A stretch of 64,000 nt of DNA from Sulfurovum sp. (GCA_020721345.1 DYMX01000001.1:9960-73959); one strand, 5' to 3'. Positions 27,809-38,135 are shown, counted from the first letter of the stretch. Notes: a model not told the origin generated them from the letters alone. A program made the numbers and translations.

Positions 27809-29278
27809 TTAGCAATTTTTCATCTCTTTTATTGCACCGATTATTGCTGCAACCAAAGAGTCATTATCTTCCGATTGTTTTTCTTCAAGCGATGCTTTTT
27901 GTGATTCTATATTCTCTTTTATATTTTCCGAGAAACTTTCTAATTTTGTATCCAAAAAGTTGGTAGTGAAGTTACCGTTTATAAAATCTATATCTCTTAC
28001 TATTTCTCTATGAAGGGGAATGTTGGTCGGTATTCCTTCTATTATATACTCATCCAATGCTCTTTTTGATCTTTTAACTACGCCTGTCCAATCGAGCGCC
28101 CATACTATAAGTTTACCTGTCATAGAATCATAATAAGGAGGTATCGTATAATCTTTTCTAGCAATGGTATCTATCCTTACACCAGGACCGCCGGGAGATA
28201 GATATGTTGTAATTAATCCTGGACTTGGAGCAAAGTTATTTAGCGGATCTTCCGCATTTATCCTAAATTCTATTGCATAGCCTTTAAAATTTATCTCTTC
28301 TTGCAAAAATATAAGTTTACCGCCATTGGCAATTTTTATCATTCTTTGAATAATATCAATTCCGGTAACTATCTCAGTTACCGGATGCTCAACTTGAACC
28401 CTTGTATTCATTTCAATAAAATAATAGTTATCTTTTTCATCGACCAAGAATTCCATAGTTCCGACATTTTCGTATCCAAGTCTAAACATCGCTCTTTTCG
28501 AAACCCTGTATAGGTCTTTTCTGACTGTTTTGCTAAGTCTTGGACTTGGAGAAATTTCTATGACCTTTTGATGTTTTCTTTGAATTGAACAGTCTCTATC
28601 GCCAAGATGAACTATATTTCCTTCTTTGTCGGCAATTATTTGAATTTCGATGTGTCTTGGATTTTTAATATATTTTTCTATAAATACTTCACCGTTGCCA
28701 AAAAACTTTTTTGCTTCATTTGTAGCTGCTTCAAAAAGTTCTATAAACTTATCTTCCTCTTCAATAATTCTCATTCCTCTGCCGCCGCCGCCAAATGCTG
28801 CTTTTATAATGACAGGATAGCCTATTTGGGCAGCTATATTTTTTGCTTCATTCAAATCACTTATCGGTGTATCGGTACCTTCAATAACTGGAACGCCTAT
28901 CTCTTTCATTACTTTTTTTGCAGCCATTTTATCACCGAAAAGCGCAATGTGTTCCGGTTTTGGTCCTACAAAGATCATGCCGTTATCAATACAAGATTGT
29001 GCAAAATCAGCATTTTCACTCAAAAATCCGTATCCTGGATGGATAGCATCCGCGCCTATTTCTTTTGCTAATGCAATAATTCTATCACCGTTAAGATAAG
29101 CTTGGATCGGATCTCCGTCAAGCAGATATGCTTCGTCTGCTTTTTTTACCCAAACACCTTCTACATCTGCTTCAGAATATATAGCGACAGACTTTACTTC
29201 AAGTTCTTTACATGCTCTAATTATCCTAATGGAGATCTCTCCCCTGTTTGCGATCAGAACTTTCTTGATATTTTTCAT
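27809..29278 (-). CDS. pycA: pyruvate carboxylase subunit A (biotin carboxylase)
   Basis: KVLIANRGEISIRIIRA N-terminus, an ATP-grasp region and GGGGRGMR. I prefer the start at the third codon because of RBS spacing. Confidence 0.85.
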   Translation of the reverse strand: MKNIKKVLIANRGEISIRIIRACKELEVKSVAIYSEADVEGVWVKKADEAYLLDGDPIQAYLNGDRIIALAKEIGADAIHPGYGFLSENADFAQSCIDNGMIFVGPKPEHIALFGDKMAAKKVMKEIGVPVIEGTDTPISDLNEAKNIAAQIGYPVIIKAAFGGGGRGMRIIEEEDKFIELFEAATNEAKKFFGNGEVFIEKYIKNPRHIEIQIIADKEGNIVHLGDRDCSIQRKHQKVIEISPSPRLSKTVRKDLYRVSKRAMFRLGYENVGTMEFLVDEKDNYYFIEMNTRVQVEHPVTEIVTGIDIIQRMIKIANGGKLIFLQEEINFKGYAIEFRINAEDPLNNFAPSPGLITTYLSPGGPGVRIDTIARKDYTIPPYYDSMTGKLIVWALDWTGVVKRSKRALDEYIIEGIPTNIPLHREIVRDIDFINGNFTTNFLDTKLESFSENIKENIESQKASLEEKQSEDNDSLVAAIIGAIKEMKNC

Positions 29279-29363
29279 TACCATTCATCCTTTTTTTGAT
29301 ACAAAAATAAATCACAAAATAATAACTTTTTTTAGTTGCCATTTTGCTAAAAAAAGAAAAAAA

Positions 29364-30746
29364 TTAATTTTTCTTTCTTCTTCGAGTGTGCTTTTTGGCA
29401 ACTTTTTGATCACCTTGATAATTTGCCATTAGCTCTTCTACTTCATTGTCGCTATATCCCAAGTTGCTTGAATATAGATTTGAATTTTTTGAGATATAAA
29501 AACTAAGCAATTTTTGCAAAAATATATCTTTGTCTTCATCACTTATCATTTGTGATATATTTTTAGTATTTTGCGATATCTCGATATTGTCAATATTTTT
29601 CAGCATTATTTCCAAGTCGTTGCTATTGAGATCTGAACCGTTTTCTATAGTCGCCAATCTCATATCCGCACCGACTTCTTTTTGTATTCTTTGCAGCTCT
29701 TTAAACTCTTCGGTTGATACAAGTGTGATCGCTTGTCCGCTTTTGCCCGCTCTTCCGGTTCTTCCTATTCTATGGACATAACTTTGAGGATCAAAAGGAA
29801 TATGATAGTTGAAAACATGCGTAACTCCTTTGATATCAAGTCCGCGCGCAGCAACATCTGTTGCAATAAGGATCTTTGTCTGCCCTCTTCTGTATGACTT
29901 GATTATTTCGTCGCGATCCATCTGTTCGATATCTCCGTGAAGTCCCTTTACGCTAAATCCAAGAGCTTCCAAATGCTCTTGCAATCTATCGACTTCTCTT
30001 TTCATCCTGCAAAAAATTATACATTTATCGGTCTCTTCGGTTTCAAGAAGTCTGACTATAGCCTCATCTCTTTGATTCTCTTCGATCACATAATATCTTT
30101 GATCTATTATATTGTTCGTAGTCTCTTCTTCATTAACAACAGATATGTATTCCGGACGATATAGTATATTTCCTGCCAAATCTTTTATCGGTTCTGGCAT
30201 AGTTGCTGAAAACAGAAGCGTTTGTCTGTTTTGAGGGATGTATTCGAATATCTCTTTTATATCATCCAAAAATCCCATATCAAGCATTTCATCAGCTTCA
30301 TCCAAAACTACTATCTCAGGATTAAATGTATCTATTTTGCCTTTTTTGTAAAGATCTTTAAGCCTTCCCGGCGTTGCTACTACTATCTGAACACCCTTGT
30401 GGATAAGAGCTATTTGTCTCCCATATCCGACTCCACCATACACAGTCAATGTTCTAATGCCTGCAAATCTGCCAAGATGATAAAGCTCGTCGCTTACTTG
30501 AGTTGCCAGTTCTCTGGTTGGTGTTATGATTAAAGCTCTTTCACACTCTCCGTTTGCTATTTTTTGCAAAATCGGAAGACCGAATGCTGCGGTTTTTCCT
30601 GTTCCCGTATGGGCTTGACCTACTAGATCTCTACCTTCCAAGACAAGAGGAATTGCAAGCTCTTGTATCGGGCTAGGCTCCTTAAAGCCTGCTATTTTCA
30701 CACCTTTTGCAATTTCAGGGTGAAAATTAAACTCATTAAAATTCAT
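29364..30746 (-). CDS. DEAD-box ATP-dependent RNA helicase
   Basis: Q-motif (FKEPSPIQ), AHTGTGKT, DEAD, SAT and HRIGRTGRAG motifs, plus a basic C-terminal tail. Confidence 0.9.
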   Translation of the reverse strand: MNFNEFNFHPEIAKGVKIAGFKEPSPIQELAIPLVLEGRDLVGQAHTGTGKTAAFGLPILQKIANGECERALIITPTRELATQVSDELYHLGRFAGIRTLTVYGGVGYGRQIALIHKGVQIVVATPGRLKDLYKKGKIDTFNPEIVVLDEADEMLDMGFLDDIKEIFEYIPQNRQTLLFSATMPEPIKDLAGNILYRPEYISVVNEEETTNNIIDQRYYVIEENQRDEAIVRLLETEETDKCIIFCRMKREVDRLQEHLEALGFSVKGLHGDIEQMDRDEIIKSYRRGQTKILIATDVAARGLDIKGVTHVFNYHIPFDPQSYVHRIGRTGRAGKSGQAITLVSTEEFKELQRIQKEVGADMRLATIENGSDLNSNDLEIMLKNIDNIEISQNTKNISQMISDEDKDIFLQKLLSFYISKNSNLYSSNLGYSDNEVEELMANYQGDQKVAKKHTRRRKKN

Positions 30747-30819
30747 ACTATACCTTTCAAGTTCATCGTGAACTTAACAAAACCTCTTTTAAAAGAGATT
30801 CTATAAATCCAAGATATTT

Positions 30820-31587
30820 TTAAACAACAAAAAACCAAAAAGCCAAACCGACAATGATCCTGTATATTCCAAAAGCAATAAAAGTATGATTTTCCAAAAA
30901 TCTTATCATTGCTTTAACTGTAAAAAAAGCCACAATAAACGCAACTCCAAAACCTATTGCCAAAAGATTATAATCATCTACTGCCATCGAAGATCTATTT
31001 TTATAAAGATCATAAAATGTTGCAACGAACATTGTAGGAACTGCAAGTAAAAAAGAAAACTCGGCTGCACTTTTTCGGCTTAGACCTGAGAATATGCCTC
31101 CAAGCATTGTCATGCCCGATCTACTGGTTCCTGGGACCATTGATATACTTTGAAACAAACCTATAACAAAAGATTCCTTTATTGTTAAATCGTCTATGCT
31201 TTTTCCTTCGCTGCCTCTTTTGTTTCTTCTAAAAAACTCTACGAGCAAAAACAATATTCCGCCTGCTATAAGCATGATAGATACCGTCTCTATGCCAAAA
31301 AGTGATTTAATGGTCTTATAAAATAAAAAACCGAAAATCGCCGTAGGCAAAAATGCAACAATAACTTTTACCCACAAAGATTTATCAACTAATAGTTTTT
31401 TTGCATAAATAAAAAGAACTGCCAAAATGCTTCCCAACTGTATAGATACCTCAAAAGCTTTATGGGCATCTGTTTGCTGCAATCCCAAAAGTTTTGAAGC
31501 GAGTATCAAATGTCCGGTACTTGAAATCGGTAAAAATTCCGTAAGTCCTTCTAATGTACCCAAAATAAGAGCATCAATAACAGTCAT
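30820..31587 (-). CDS. uppP: undecaprenyl-diphosphate phosphatase
   Basis: GLTEFLPISSTGHL and PGTSRSG motifs. It is a 255-aa polytopic membrane protein. Confidence 0.9.
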   Translation of the reverse strand: MTVIDALILGTLEGLTEFLPISSTGHLILASKLLGLQQTDAHKAFEVSIQLGSILAVLFIYAKKLLVDKSLWVKVIVAFLPTAIFGFLFYKTIKSLFGIETVSIMLIAGGILFLLVEFFRRNKRGSEGKSIDDLTIKESFVIGLFQSISMVPGTSRSGMTMLGGIFSGLSRKSAAEFSFLLAVPTMFVATFYDLYKNRSSMAVDDYNLLAIGFGVAFIVAFFTVKAMIRFLENHTFIAFGIYRIIVGLAFWFFVV

Positions 31588-31600
31588 AATAATCCTTGTT

Positions 31601-33361
31601 TTACTTCATATTTGCAAAATAACTATTTTCTTTTGCAAGCATCTCCTGCGGGGTACCGCTATCAACCAGCTCACCATTTTCTAGAACAAATATCATATCG
31701 GCATTTTGAATTGTGGATAACCTGTGTGCAATAGTTATAACCGTTTTACCCTCTAAAAACCTTTTCAAATCATGAAAAAGCCTTATCTCAGTATGTGTAT
31801 CCAATGCCGACGTAGATTCATCTAATATAACAACTTTAGGATCATGCAGTATCATCCTTGCCATTGCAACTCTCTGTCTTTGTCCGCCACTTAGTCTGAT
31901 CCCGTCCCTGCCTAGCTTTGTCTGGAGTCCATCGTCTAATGCTCCTACAACATCGCCAAGCTGCGCCAACTCTATGGCGTTTTCAATTTGATCCTCAGAA
32001 AAACTTTCTCCCAAGGTCAAATTAAAACGTATTGTATCATTAAAGAGTTTAGGTTGCTGTAAAATCAGATGAATATTTTCCCTAATCGTAAATAAAGCTA
32101 TATTTTTTGATTCGACGCCATCATAAAAAATCTCTCCGCCATCAGGCATATAAAATCCGACCATCAGATTTGCCAGTGTAGTTTTACCGCTTCCGCTTGC
32201 TCCGACAATAGCGATATGCTCTCCTTTTATAAATTTCATATTTATATGCTTAAGTATCTTTTTGCCGCTTTTGTATGAAAATGTTATATTTTTAAGCTCG
32301 ATACCTATGCTTTCTTTGTTAAAAAATGGATTTGTTCCATTTGCTACCAGCTCTTCTTGCTCAAGAGAAAGTATCTCATTTATTCTTTCGCACGATGCCT
32401 TCGCGGAAGCTAGAGAGTACTGAAAGTTGATGATATCTTGAGTTGGTCCTGCCATTATCCAAAGATATGAAAAAATTGCCAGCATCAATCCAACGCTAAG
32501 ATCGCTATACATCACGGCGAGCAAGCCCGCTGCTCGAAAGATTTCATATCCATTTAAAAACAATAAACTTGACCATTTCATAGCCATATCGCTTTTATAA
32601 TTAAATTTTACGGCAAAATTGCGCAACTCTTTTGCGCTTTGGGTTGTTTTGTTAAAAAAATAATCCTCTTTATTGGTAGCTTTTATCTGATGAAAAAGCT
32701 CTAATGTTTCAGATGCATTTGATTGGAATGTTGCAACACTCTTATTTGTATCCTTTTTGAGTTTTCCTATATTTCTTGATATTTTTGCAGTAAAAAAAAC
32801 AACAACAGGGTTTGTGATAAGTATAAAAAGAGCTAACTGCCAGTTTATCCACAAAAGTATAATGGTAGAAAAAATGAGCGTCAAAACAGCAACTATGAGT
32901 TTACTTGTAGTTGATCCTATAAAATCGTCAACGCTTTCGCAGTCAGTTACCAGCTTTGATGTGATCTCTCCTACACTAAAATTCTCATACTCCTTAAGCG
33001 TTACTCTTTTTAAGTGTTCAAGCAGTTTTATTCTTAATTTATATGTTATATCTTTTGAGATAATTGAAAAAATTCTAGTTTGAAGCACGCTAAGCAAAGA
33101 TGCGAAGATGCGAAGAAGCATAAGCAAAAAAAGAATTGCAAATATATACCCCATAGGGCTCATAGACAATACATTTTTTGATATAAACCCTGTCAATATA
33201 GGCTCATGTCCGAGTAAAAGTTCATCAACCAAAACAGGTATAAAAAGCGGAGTTATCGAAATTAGTATTGTTGATGCAATGGCTATCAGCTGACCTAAAA
33301 AAAACTCTTTTTTATATTTTTTAACTTCGTTAAAAATAGCATTTATCGTACATCTGCTCAT
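31601..33361 (-). CDS. ABC transporter, fused permease/ATPase (MsbA-like exporter)
   Basis: Six-TM N-terminal half, Walker A (GASGSGKTT), signature (LSGGQRQR) and Walker B (VILDE). Confidence 0.85.
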   Translation of the reverse strand: MSRCTINAIFNEVKKYKKEFFLGQLIAIASTILISITPLFIPVLVDELLLGHEPILTGFISKNVLSMSPMGYIFAILFLLMLLRIFASLLSVLQTRIFSIISKDITYKLRIKLLEHLKRVTLKEYENFSVGEITSKLVTDCESVDDFIGSTTSKLIVAVLTLIFSTIILLWINWQLALFILITNPVVVFFTAKISRNIGKLKKDTNKSVATFQSNASETLELFHQIKATNKEDYFFNKTTQSAKELRNFAVKFNYKSDMAMKWSSLLFLNGYEIFRAAGLLAVMYSDLSVGLMLAIFSYLWIMAGPTQDIINFQYSLASAKASCERINEILSLEQEELVANGTNPFFNKESIGIELKNITFSYKSGKKILKHINMKFIKGEHIAIVGASGSGKTTLANLMVGFYMPDGGEIFYDGVESKNIALFTIRENIHLILQQPKLFNDTIRFNLTLGESFSEDQIENAIELAQLGDVVGALDDGLQTKLGRDGIRLSGGQRQRVAMARMILHDPKVVILDESTSALDTHTEIRLFHDLKRFLEGKTVITIAHRLSTIQNADMIFVLENGELVDSGTPQEMLAKENSYFANMK

Positions 33362-33990
33362 ATGCTATCAACTATATCAAGCAACAATCTTAAATCTTTT
33401 GTATCTATAAAATGCGTTGAAGCCTCTTTGAGTATCGGTTTTGCGCAAAAAGCAACTTTTGTTTTTGCATGAGCGAACATACTAAGATCATTTGCGCCGT
33501 CACCTATGGCTATAGTGTACTCTTCTGTTATACCCAAAAGAGATTGTAAGCGTACAAGCATATCTCCCTTGGAGCTTCCAAACATCATTTCGCCACCAAC
33601 TTCACCTGTCAAAATACCGTTTTCATCATAAAGAGTATTTGCAAAATCAGCATCAATGCCAAGTTTATCACAAGCCGGCTTAGTAGCATTTCTAAATCCA
33701 CCCGAAAAACAGACTACTGTATATCCTCTATTTTTTAGTCCTGCTACAGCTTCTTTTGCGCCAACAATGAGCGGCAACGAAGTGCATATCTCATCCATTT
33801 TTGATTTTTTAAGACCTTGCAGGAGCTTTACTCTTCTCTGCAGAGAATTAAAAAAATCAAGTCTTCCTTCCATTGCCTCATGCGTTATAGCTGCTACTTC
33901 TTTTTCAAAGCCAAGCGATGAAGCCAAAAAATCTATGGTTTCTCCGTCCATAAGTGTAGAGTCAAAATCAAAAACTACCAATTTTTTCAC
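33358..33990 (-). CDS. serB: phosphoserine phosphatase (HAD family)
   Basis: DFDSTL nucleophile motif, SGGF, and GDGANDL. Confidence 0.8.
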   Translation of the reverse strand: MKKLVVFDFDSTLMDGETIDFLASSLGFEKEVAAITHEAMEGRLDFFNSLQRRVKLLQGLKKSKMDEICTSLPLIVGAKEAVAGLKNRGYTVVCFSGGFRNATKPACDKLGIDADFANTLYDENGILTGEVGGEMMFGSSKGDMLVRLQSLLGITEEYTIAIGDGANDLSMFAHAKTKVAFCAKPILKEASTHFIDTKDLRLLLDIVDSI

Positions 33991-34056
33991 TATTTATCCT
34001 AATATTTATATGGTAAAATTGTATCAAATATAAATAAAAAATATAGGCTTGACTTT

Positions 34057-34974
34057 ATGTTTAATACTTTTTGTACATCACTTTGCTCTTCTGCTCCATT
34101 TATAACCGTAGAGATCACTCCTCCGCACGGCGGCTCAATAAACAAGATAATAGACAATATCAAATCTCTAGGGCTTGATAAAAAAGTGACAGGTTTTACC
34201 ACTACGGATAATCCTTTGGCAAAACTCAAAATGGACTCTATCCTCTCGGCCATCAAAGTCCAAACCGAACTAAATAAGCCTGTAATTGCTACCATGAGCA
34301 TGAGAGACAAAAATAAGCTATCCTTACAGTCAACGCTGCTTGGCGCAAACGACTTTGATATCAGATGCATCCTGGCTCTCACCGGTGATCCCGCCAAGCT
34401 TTCAGACCAGCCGAAAGTAAAAGGAGTGCTAGAGAGAGACTCAACCTTGCTTCTTAGTATCATATACAAACTAAACAAAGGGTTAGACTATAGCAACAAA
34501 GTCCTAAACCCTGAACCAAAACCTATATACCCTTTTGCCGTTAGCAATTCATACGCTAAAGATACAAAACATCTTCTAAAAAAAATGATAAAAAAACTTG
34601 ACTATGGCGCGAGAGCTATCATCACACAGCCTGTATTTGGGATCGAAAATGCAAAAATGCTTATGCATATTTTTGAGGAAGCAAAAGAGACAAGCATCAG
34701 AGATACTGCAAAAGAAGCCGAACTTATCTTGGGGCAATTCCCTATAGTTGCAACCAAAACGGCAAACTTTATAAATGAGCATGTCCCAGGGATTGATGTA
34801 CCAAAAGATATCATAGATGAGATGAACTTGGCATCTATGGACGGCAAAGAAAAAGAACACAATGTGGGCTTTGCTATATCAAAACGCATATATGACGAGA
34901 TCATGGCACTGCATCCTAAAGTCCACCTCATGACACACAATAGATTTGATCTTTGTAGTGAGCTGATAGGGTAA
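34057..34974 (+). CDS. metF: methylenetetrahydrofolate reductase-like protein
   Basis: FITVEITPP, ALTGDP and IITQPVF motifs typical of the MTHFR TIM barrel. Confidence 0.7.
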   Translation: MFNTFCTSLCSSAPFITVEITPPHGGSINKIIDNIKSLGLDKKVTGFTTTDNPLAKLKMDSILSAIKVQTELNKPVIATMSMRDKNKLSLQSTLLGANDFDIRCILALTGDPAKLSDQPKVKGVLERDSTLLLSIIYKLNKGLDYSNKVLNPEPKPIYPFAVSNSYAKDTKHLLKKMIKKLDYGARAIITQPVFGIENAKMLMHIFEEAKETSIRDTAKEAELILGQFPIVATKTANFINEHVPGIDVPKDIIDEMNLASMDGKEKEHNVGFAISKRIYDEIMALHPKVHLMTHNRFDLCSELIG

Positions 34975-35029
34975 AATTAATAGCTTAAGCATCTTTTGCT
35001 ATACTCCGCAAAAACTATGGATACATTAT

Positions 35030-35338
35030 GTGGAACTGTTAAAAAAATTTAGATTTATAAACAAAGTAGAAGGATACTCTTTTTTGCTTCTTGTGTTTAT
35101 TGCAATGCCGCTTAAATACATTTTTGGCTTTTTATTTGCCACAAAAGCCGCAGGCATGATCCACGGAGGACTGTTCGTTTGGTTTATATATAGCCTTGTT
35201 GCTGCATTTAAAGCAGGAATATTTAACAAAAAAGATACGGTTAAATTTTTTATCCTATCATTGATACCGTTTGGAAGCTTTTATACACAAAGTATCATTA
35301 GAAATAAATTTGATACTGTTTGTGTAAATGCGAGGTAA
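35030..35338 (+). CDS. DUF3817-like small membrane protein
   Basis: 102 aa with three or four hydrophobic helices. The N-terminus (LKKFRFINKVEGYSFLLLVFIAMPLKY) matches my memory of DUF3817. Confidence 0.55.
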   Translation: MELLKKFRFINKVEGYSFLLLVFIAMPLKYIFGFLFATKAAGMIHGGLFVWFIYSLVAAFKAGIFNKKDTVKFFILSLIPFGSFYTQSIIRNKFDTVCVNAR

Positions 35339-35360
35339 TTATTATCTATGAAATAGAAAA

Positions 35361-35385
35361 GATGCTGAAACAAGTTCAGCATGAC
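35361..35385. repeat. GTCAT-hairpin REP-like element, also positioned as a bidirectional terminator
   Basis: The minus-strand reading is GTC-ATGCTGAA-CTTGT-TTCAGCAT-C, with an 8-bp stem. The architecture matches the element at 44214-44239. Confidence 0.5.
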
Positions 35386-35392
35386 AATGATT

Positions 35393-36373
35393 TTATTTTA
35401 AAAGCGCATCCCTGCAATCGTCTTTAAACTCTTTTGGAATATATTTCATCATTCTTCCATGCTGTTTAACAGCTTCTACGCAGATATCCTTCAATCTAAG
35501 CTCTTTTGGTACAAATCCCAATGCCAACCCGTCATTTTTAACAGCACACATACAAACTTCAGCGGTTTTTGACTTCTTGGGAGCAAACTCGAGAAATATT
35601 CCGTCTTGCTCAACTACTGCCTTGCAAACCTGCTCTGTTTTAAATTCATTATCCAACTCTATGAACACCCACCTGTTTCTTTTTACTGCATTTGTGCACA
35701 ATTGCGATGTTTTCAGCGCCTTTGGTACAAATGTAATTGAAAATGGATTATGTTTTACTGCTTCTAAACACATAGCCGCGCTTTGGTGTTTTTTTGGTAC
35801 ATGCTGCATAACAAGGCTGTTTTGTTTTACTGCATTTGCACAAAGCTCCCTTGTTCTTTTTGTTTTTGGTATATATTTCAATGCAAAACCGCTTTTTTTC
35901 ACGGCTTCAAGCATAGTTTCATAATCTGCCGTTTTGGCAAACTTAAGCGCTAAGCCGTTTTGTTTTATTGCTTGAGCAATAATATCGGGAGTTTTTAATT
36001 TCTTCGGTACAAACTCTAATGCTAATCCGTTTTGTTTTACGGCCTCAAGGCAAATATTTTCTGTTTTTAGTTTTTTTGAAACAAACCCCAGAGCCAAACC
36101 GTTTTGACCAACCGCCGACAGCGCAAATTCTTCATTTTTTATATCTTTTGGAACAAATTCTAAAGCCATTCCGTTTTCGGCGATTGCTGCAGATATAAAC
36201 TCGTCCGTTAAAAGTTTATTTGGGATATACTCCAGCGCTAAGCCGTTATTTTCAACTGCATTTTTTAAAACATCTTTTGTCATTAGAGATCTTGGAATAT
36301 CTTTTAGTGACAAACCGCACTTTTTTGATTCACTCAAAGCTTCTTCTATAGTATTTATTTTCATATACGACAT
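35393..36373 (-). CDS. DUF4116 repeat protein
   Basis: About 10 tandem 30-aa repeats of the form AV.qNGlALefVPkklKT.e.C. Confidence 0.75.
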   Translation of the reverse strand: MSYMKINTIEEALSESKKCGLSLKDIPRSLMTKDVLKNAVENNGLALEYIPNKLLTDEFISAAIAENGMALEFVPKDIKNEEFALSAVGQNGLALGFVSKKLKTENICLEAVKQNGLALEFVPKKLKTPDIIAQAIKQNGLALKFAKTADYETMLEAVKKSGFALKYIPKTKRTRELCANAVKQNSLVMQHVPKKHQSAAMCLEAVKHNPFSITFVPKALKTSQLCTNAVKRNRWVFIELDNEFKTEQVCKAVVEQDGIFLEFAPKKSKTAEVCMCAVKNDGLALGFVPKELRLKDICVEAVKQHGRMMKYIPKEFKDDCRDALLK

Positions 36374-36443
36374 CCTTTGAAATAAAATTACTATCTCATA
36401 ATATCAAAAAATGGTAACATTTGAGTAGCATATTAAATTAATG

Positions 36444-37139
36444 CTAAATGCTTTTAAAAGCTATCTCTCCGTTTTGAATGACGGCATACATCTTTTGACA
36501 CGCAAGCGAGGGAAGTGATATATATTTGCCTATTTTAACGGCTTGATGAAAATGCCCCTCTATAACCATATCCAAATACTCGGGGTAATGGCTCATGATA
36601 GCCTCCGCTTTTTGTTCAAAGTTTGACATTTTGCGGCAAATTATCTTAGCAGGAAGTCTGCTCATCTGATGATCTATGATCTTTTTCTCAAAAGGTTTCA
36701 ATGCATTTAGAGTTGTTTTAGTTCTAAGAAATTTACAATACACCCCGTATACAAACCCAGCATCATACTTGTCACCGTGAGAAAGCGACACTTTTTTTTC
36801 GCCAAGTTTCATAGTGACAGGCTGTTCATCTCTGGAGTATACATTCATATTTGGAAAAATATCTTTTAGGCAAAAGTCATGATTGCCTTCAAAATAATGT
36901 ACCTCGATAGTTTTAGAGAGCTTGCGAAGCAAAGAGACGGCTTCATTGCAAAAAGTTAAAATATAGTCATTGTAGCCAAACAGCAGATCAAAAATATCGC
37001 CCATCAAAAACAGCTGTGAAGCAACAACTTCTCCATTGTCCAGCTTATGCAAGAGCTCCAAAAACTCATTGCCGTGATGTGGATAGTGAGCATCCGCTAT
37101 GAAGATGGCCCCCTCTTTTATCTCCATACTATGGGACAT
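36444..37139 (-). CDS. calcineurin-like metallophosphoesterase, LpxH-like (UDP-2,3-diacylglucosamine hydrolase candidate)
   Basis: FIADAHY, MGDIFDLL and GNHD motifs. Confidence 0.6.
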   Translation of the reverse strand: MSHSMEIKEGAIFIADAHYPHHGNEFLELLHKLDNGEVVASQLFLMGDIFDLLFGYNDYILTFCNEAVSLLRKLSKTIEVHYFEGNHDFCLKDIFPNMNVYSRDEQPVTMKLGEKKVSLSHGDKYDAGFVYGVYCKFLRTKTTLNALKPFEKKIIDHQMSRLPAKIICRKMSNFEQKAEAIMSHYPEYLDMVIEGHFHQAVKIGKYISLPSLACQKMYAVIQNGEIAFKSI

Positions 37140-38133
37140 AGGCTATTTTAGGAAGTCCTAAACTCTCATCAAGACCGCACATAAGATTTGCGGCTGCCAA
37201 ACTTTGCGAGCTAGCTCCTCTTAAAAGATTATCTATAGCAGAGCTAACAAAAAGCATATTGTTTTCTTTGGCAGCAAATATGTCACAAAAATGCGTACCG
37301 CTTACGCTTTTAGTATCTGCGGTTTTTTCTCTGATCCTAACAAACTCATCATTTTTATAATGCTCTTTTAGAACTTCGAAAGGATCTATATCGTCTTTTA
37401 GTGTTGCATATATACTTACAAGTTCTCCTCTTGTCATAGGGACAAGATGGGGAACAAAATGCACATTCATTTTTTTGCCGTATATATCATCTATCTTTTC
37501 TGCGATTTCAGGCGCATGGCGATGCTTGAGTGGGTTATATGCAAAGATATTGTCGTTTATGGTCACAAAGTGTGTAGTTTCACTGCATCCCTTGCCTGCT
37601 CCGCTTACTCCTGATTTTGCATCTACTATTAGGGGCATATCGGTATTTATGTATGGAATGAACGGCAGGATACCCAAAAGAGTAGCAGTAGGATAACATC
37701 CAGGACTTGCAACAAGTTTTGCTTTTTTGATTGCCTCTTTGTAGTATTCTATGAGTCCATAAACGCCGTTGTGGGCATTTTCTCTGTCTTCATGCTCGCA
37801 ATAATGCTTTTCATAAGTTTCAAGCTCCAGCCTATAGTCAGCTGAGAGATCCACTACTTTAATATCGCTATCCCATAGGTGCTTAGCGAAACTCATAGCT
37901 GTTTTATGCGGAAGGGCCAAAACAACAAGATCACAGTTTGCTTTTACATCTTCTACACTTGCTTTTTCCACATCCATGCATATAACATCTTTTAATGATT
38001 GATGTAAATCTTCTATCGTGGTGTCGCCTGAAGATGCTGCCAAGTATGTAAGCTCAAAAACAGGATGATTTGCTATAAGCTTTACAAGCTCCAATCCCGT
38101 ATAACCGCTAACGCCGACTATTCCTACTCTCAC
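37129..38133 (-). CDS. argC: N-acetyl-gamma-glutamyl-phosphate reductase
   Basis: VGIVGVSGYTG Rossmann motif and SPGCYPT with the catalytic Cys. A GTG start at 38133-38131 follows AAGGAG, which avoids overlap with greA. Confidence 0.9.
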   Translation of the reverse strand: MRVGIVGVSGYTGLELVKLIANHPVFELTYLAASSGDTTIEDLHQSLKDVICMDVEKASVEDVKANCDLVVLALPHKTAMSFAKHLWDSDIKVVDLSADYRLELETYEKHYCEHEDRENAHNGVYGLIEYYKEAIKKAKLVASPGCYPTATLLGILPFIPYINTDMPLIVDAKSGVSGAGKGCSETTHFVTINDNIFAYNPLKHRHAPEIAEKIDDIYGKKMNVHFVPHLVPMTRGELVSIYATLKDDIDPFEVLKEHYKNDEFVRIREKTADTKSVSGTHFCDIFAAKENNMLFVSSAIDNLLRGASSQSLAAANLMCGLDESLGLPKIAYVP

Positions 38134-38135
38134 AT

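Noticed and set aside
33999-34478. 159-aa minus-strand ORF, and the ORFs at 34576-34940, overlapping the metF-like gene
   Set aside because: They are antisense to a gene with clear MTHFR motifs. The translations are low-complexity and there is no independent support.
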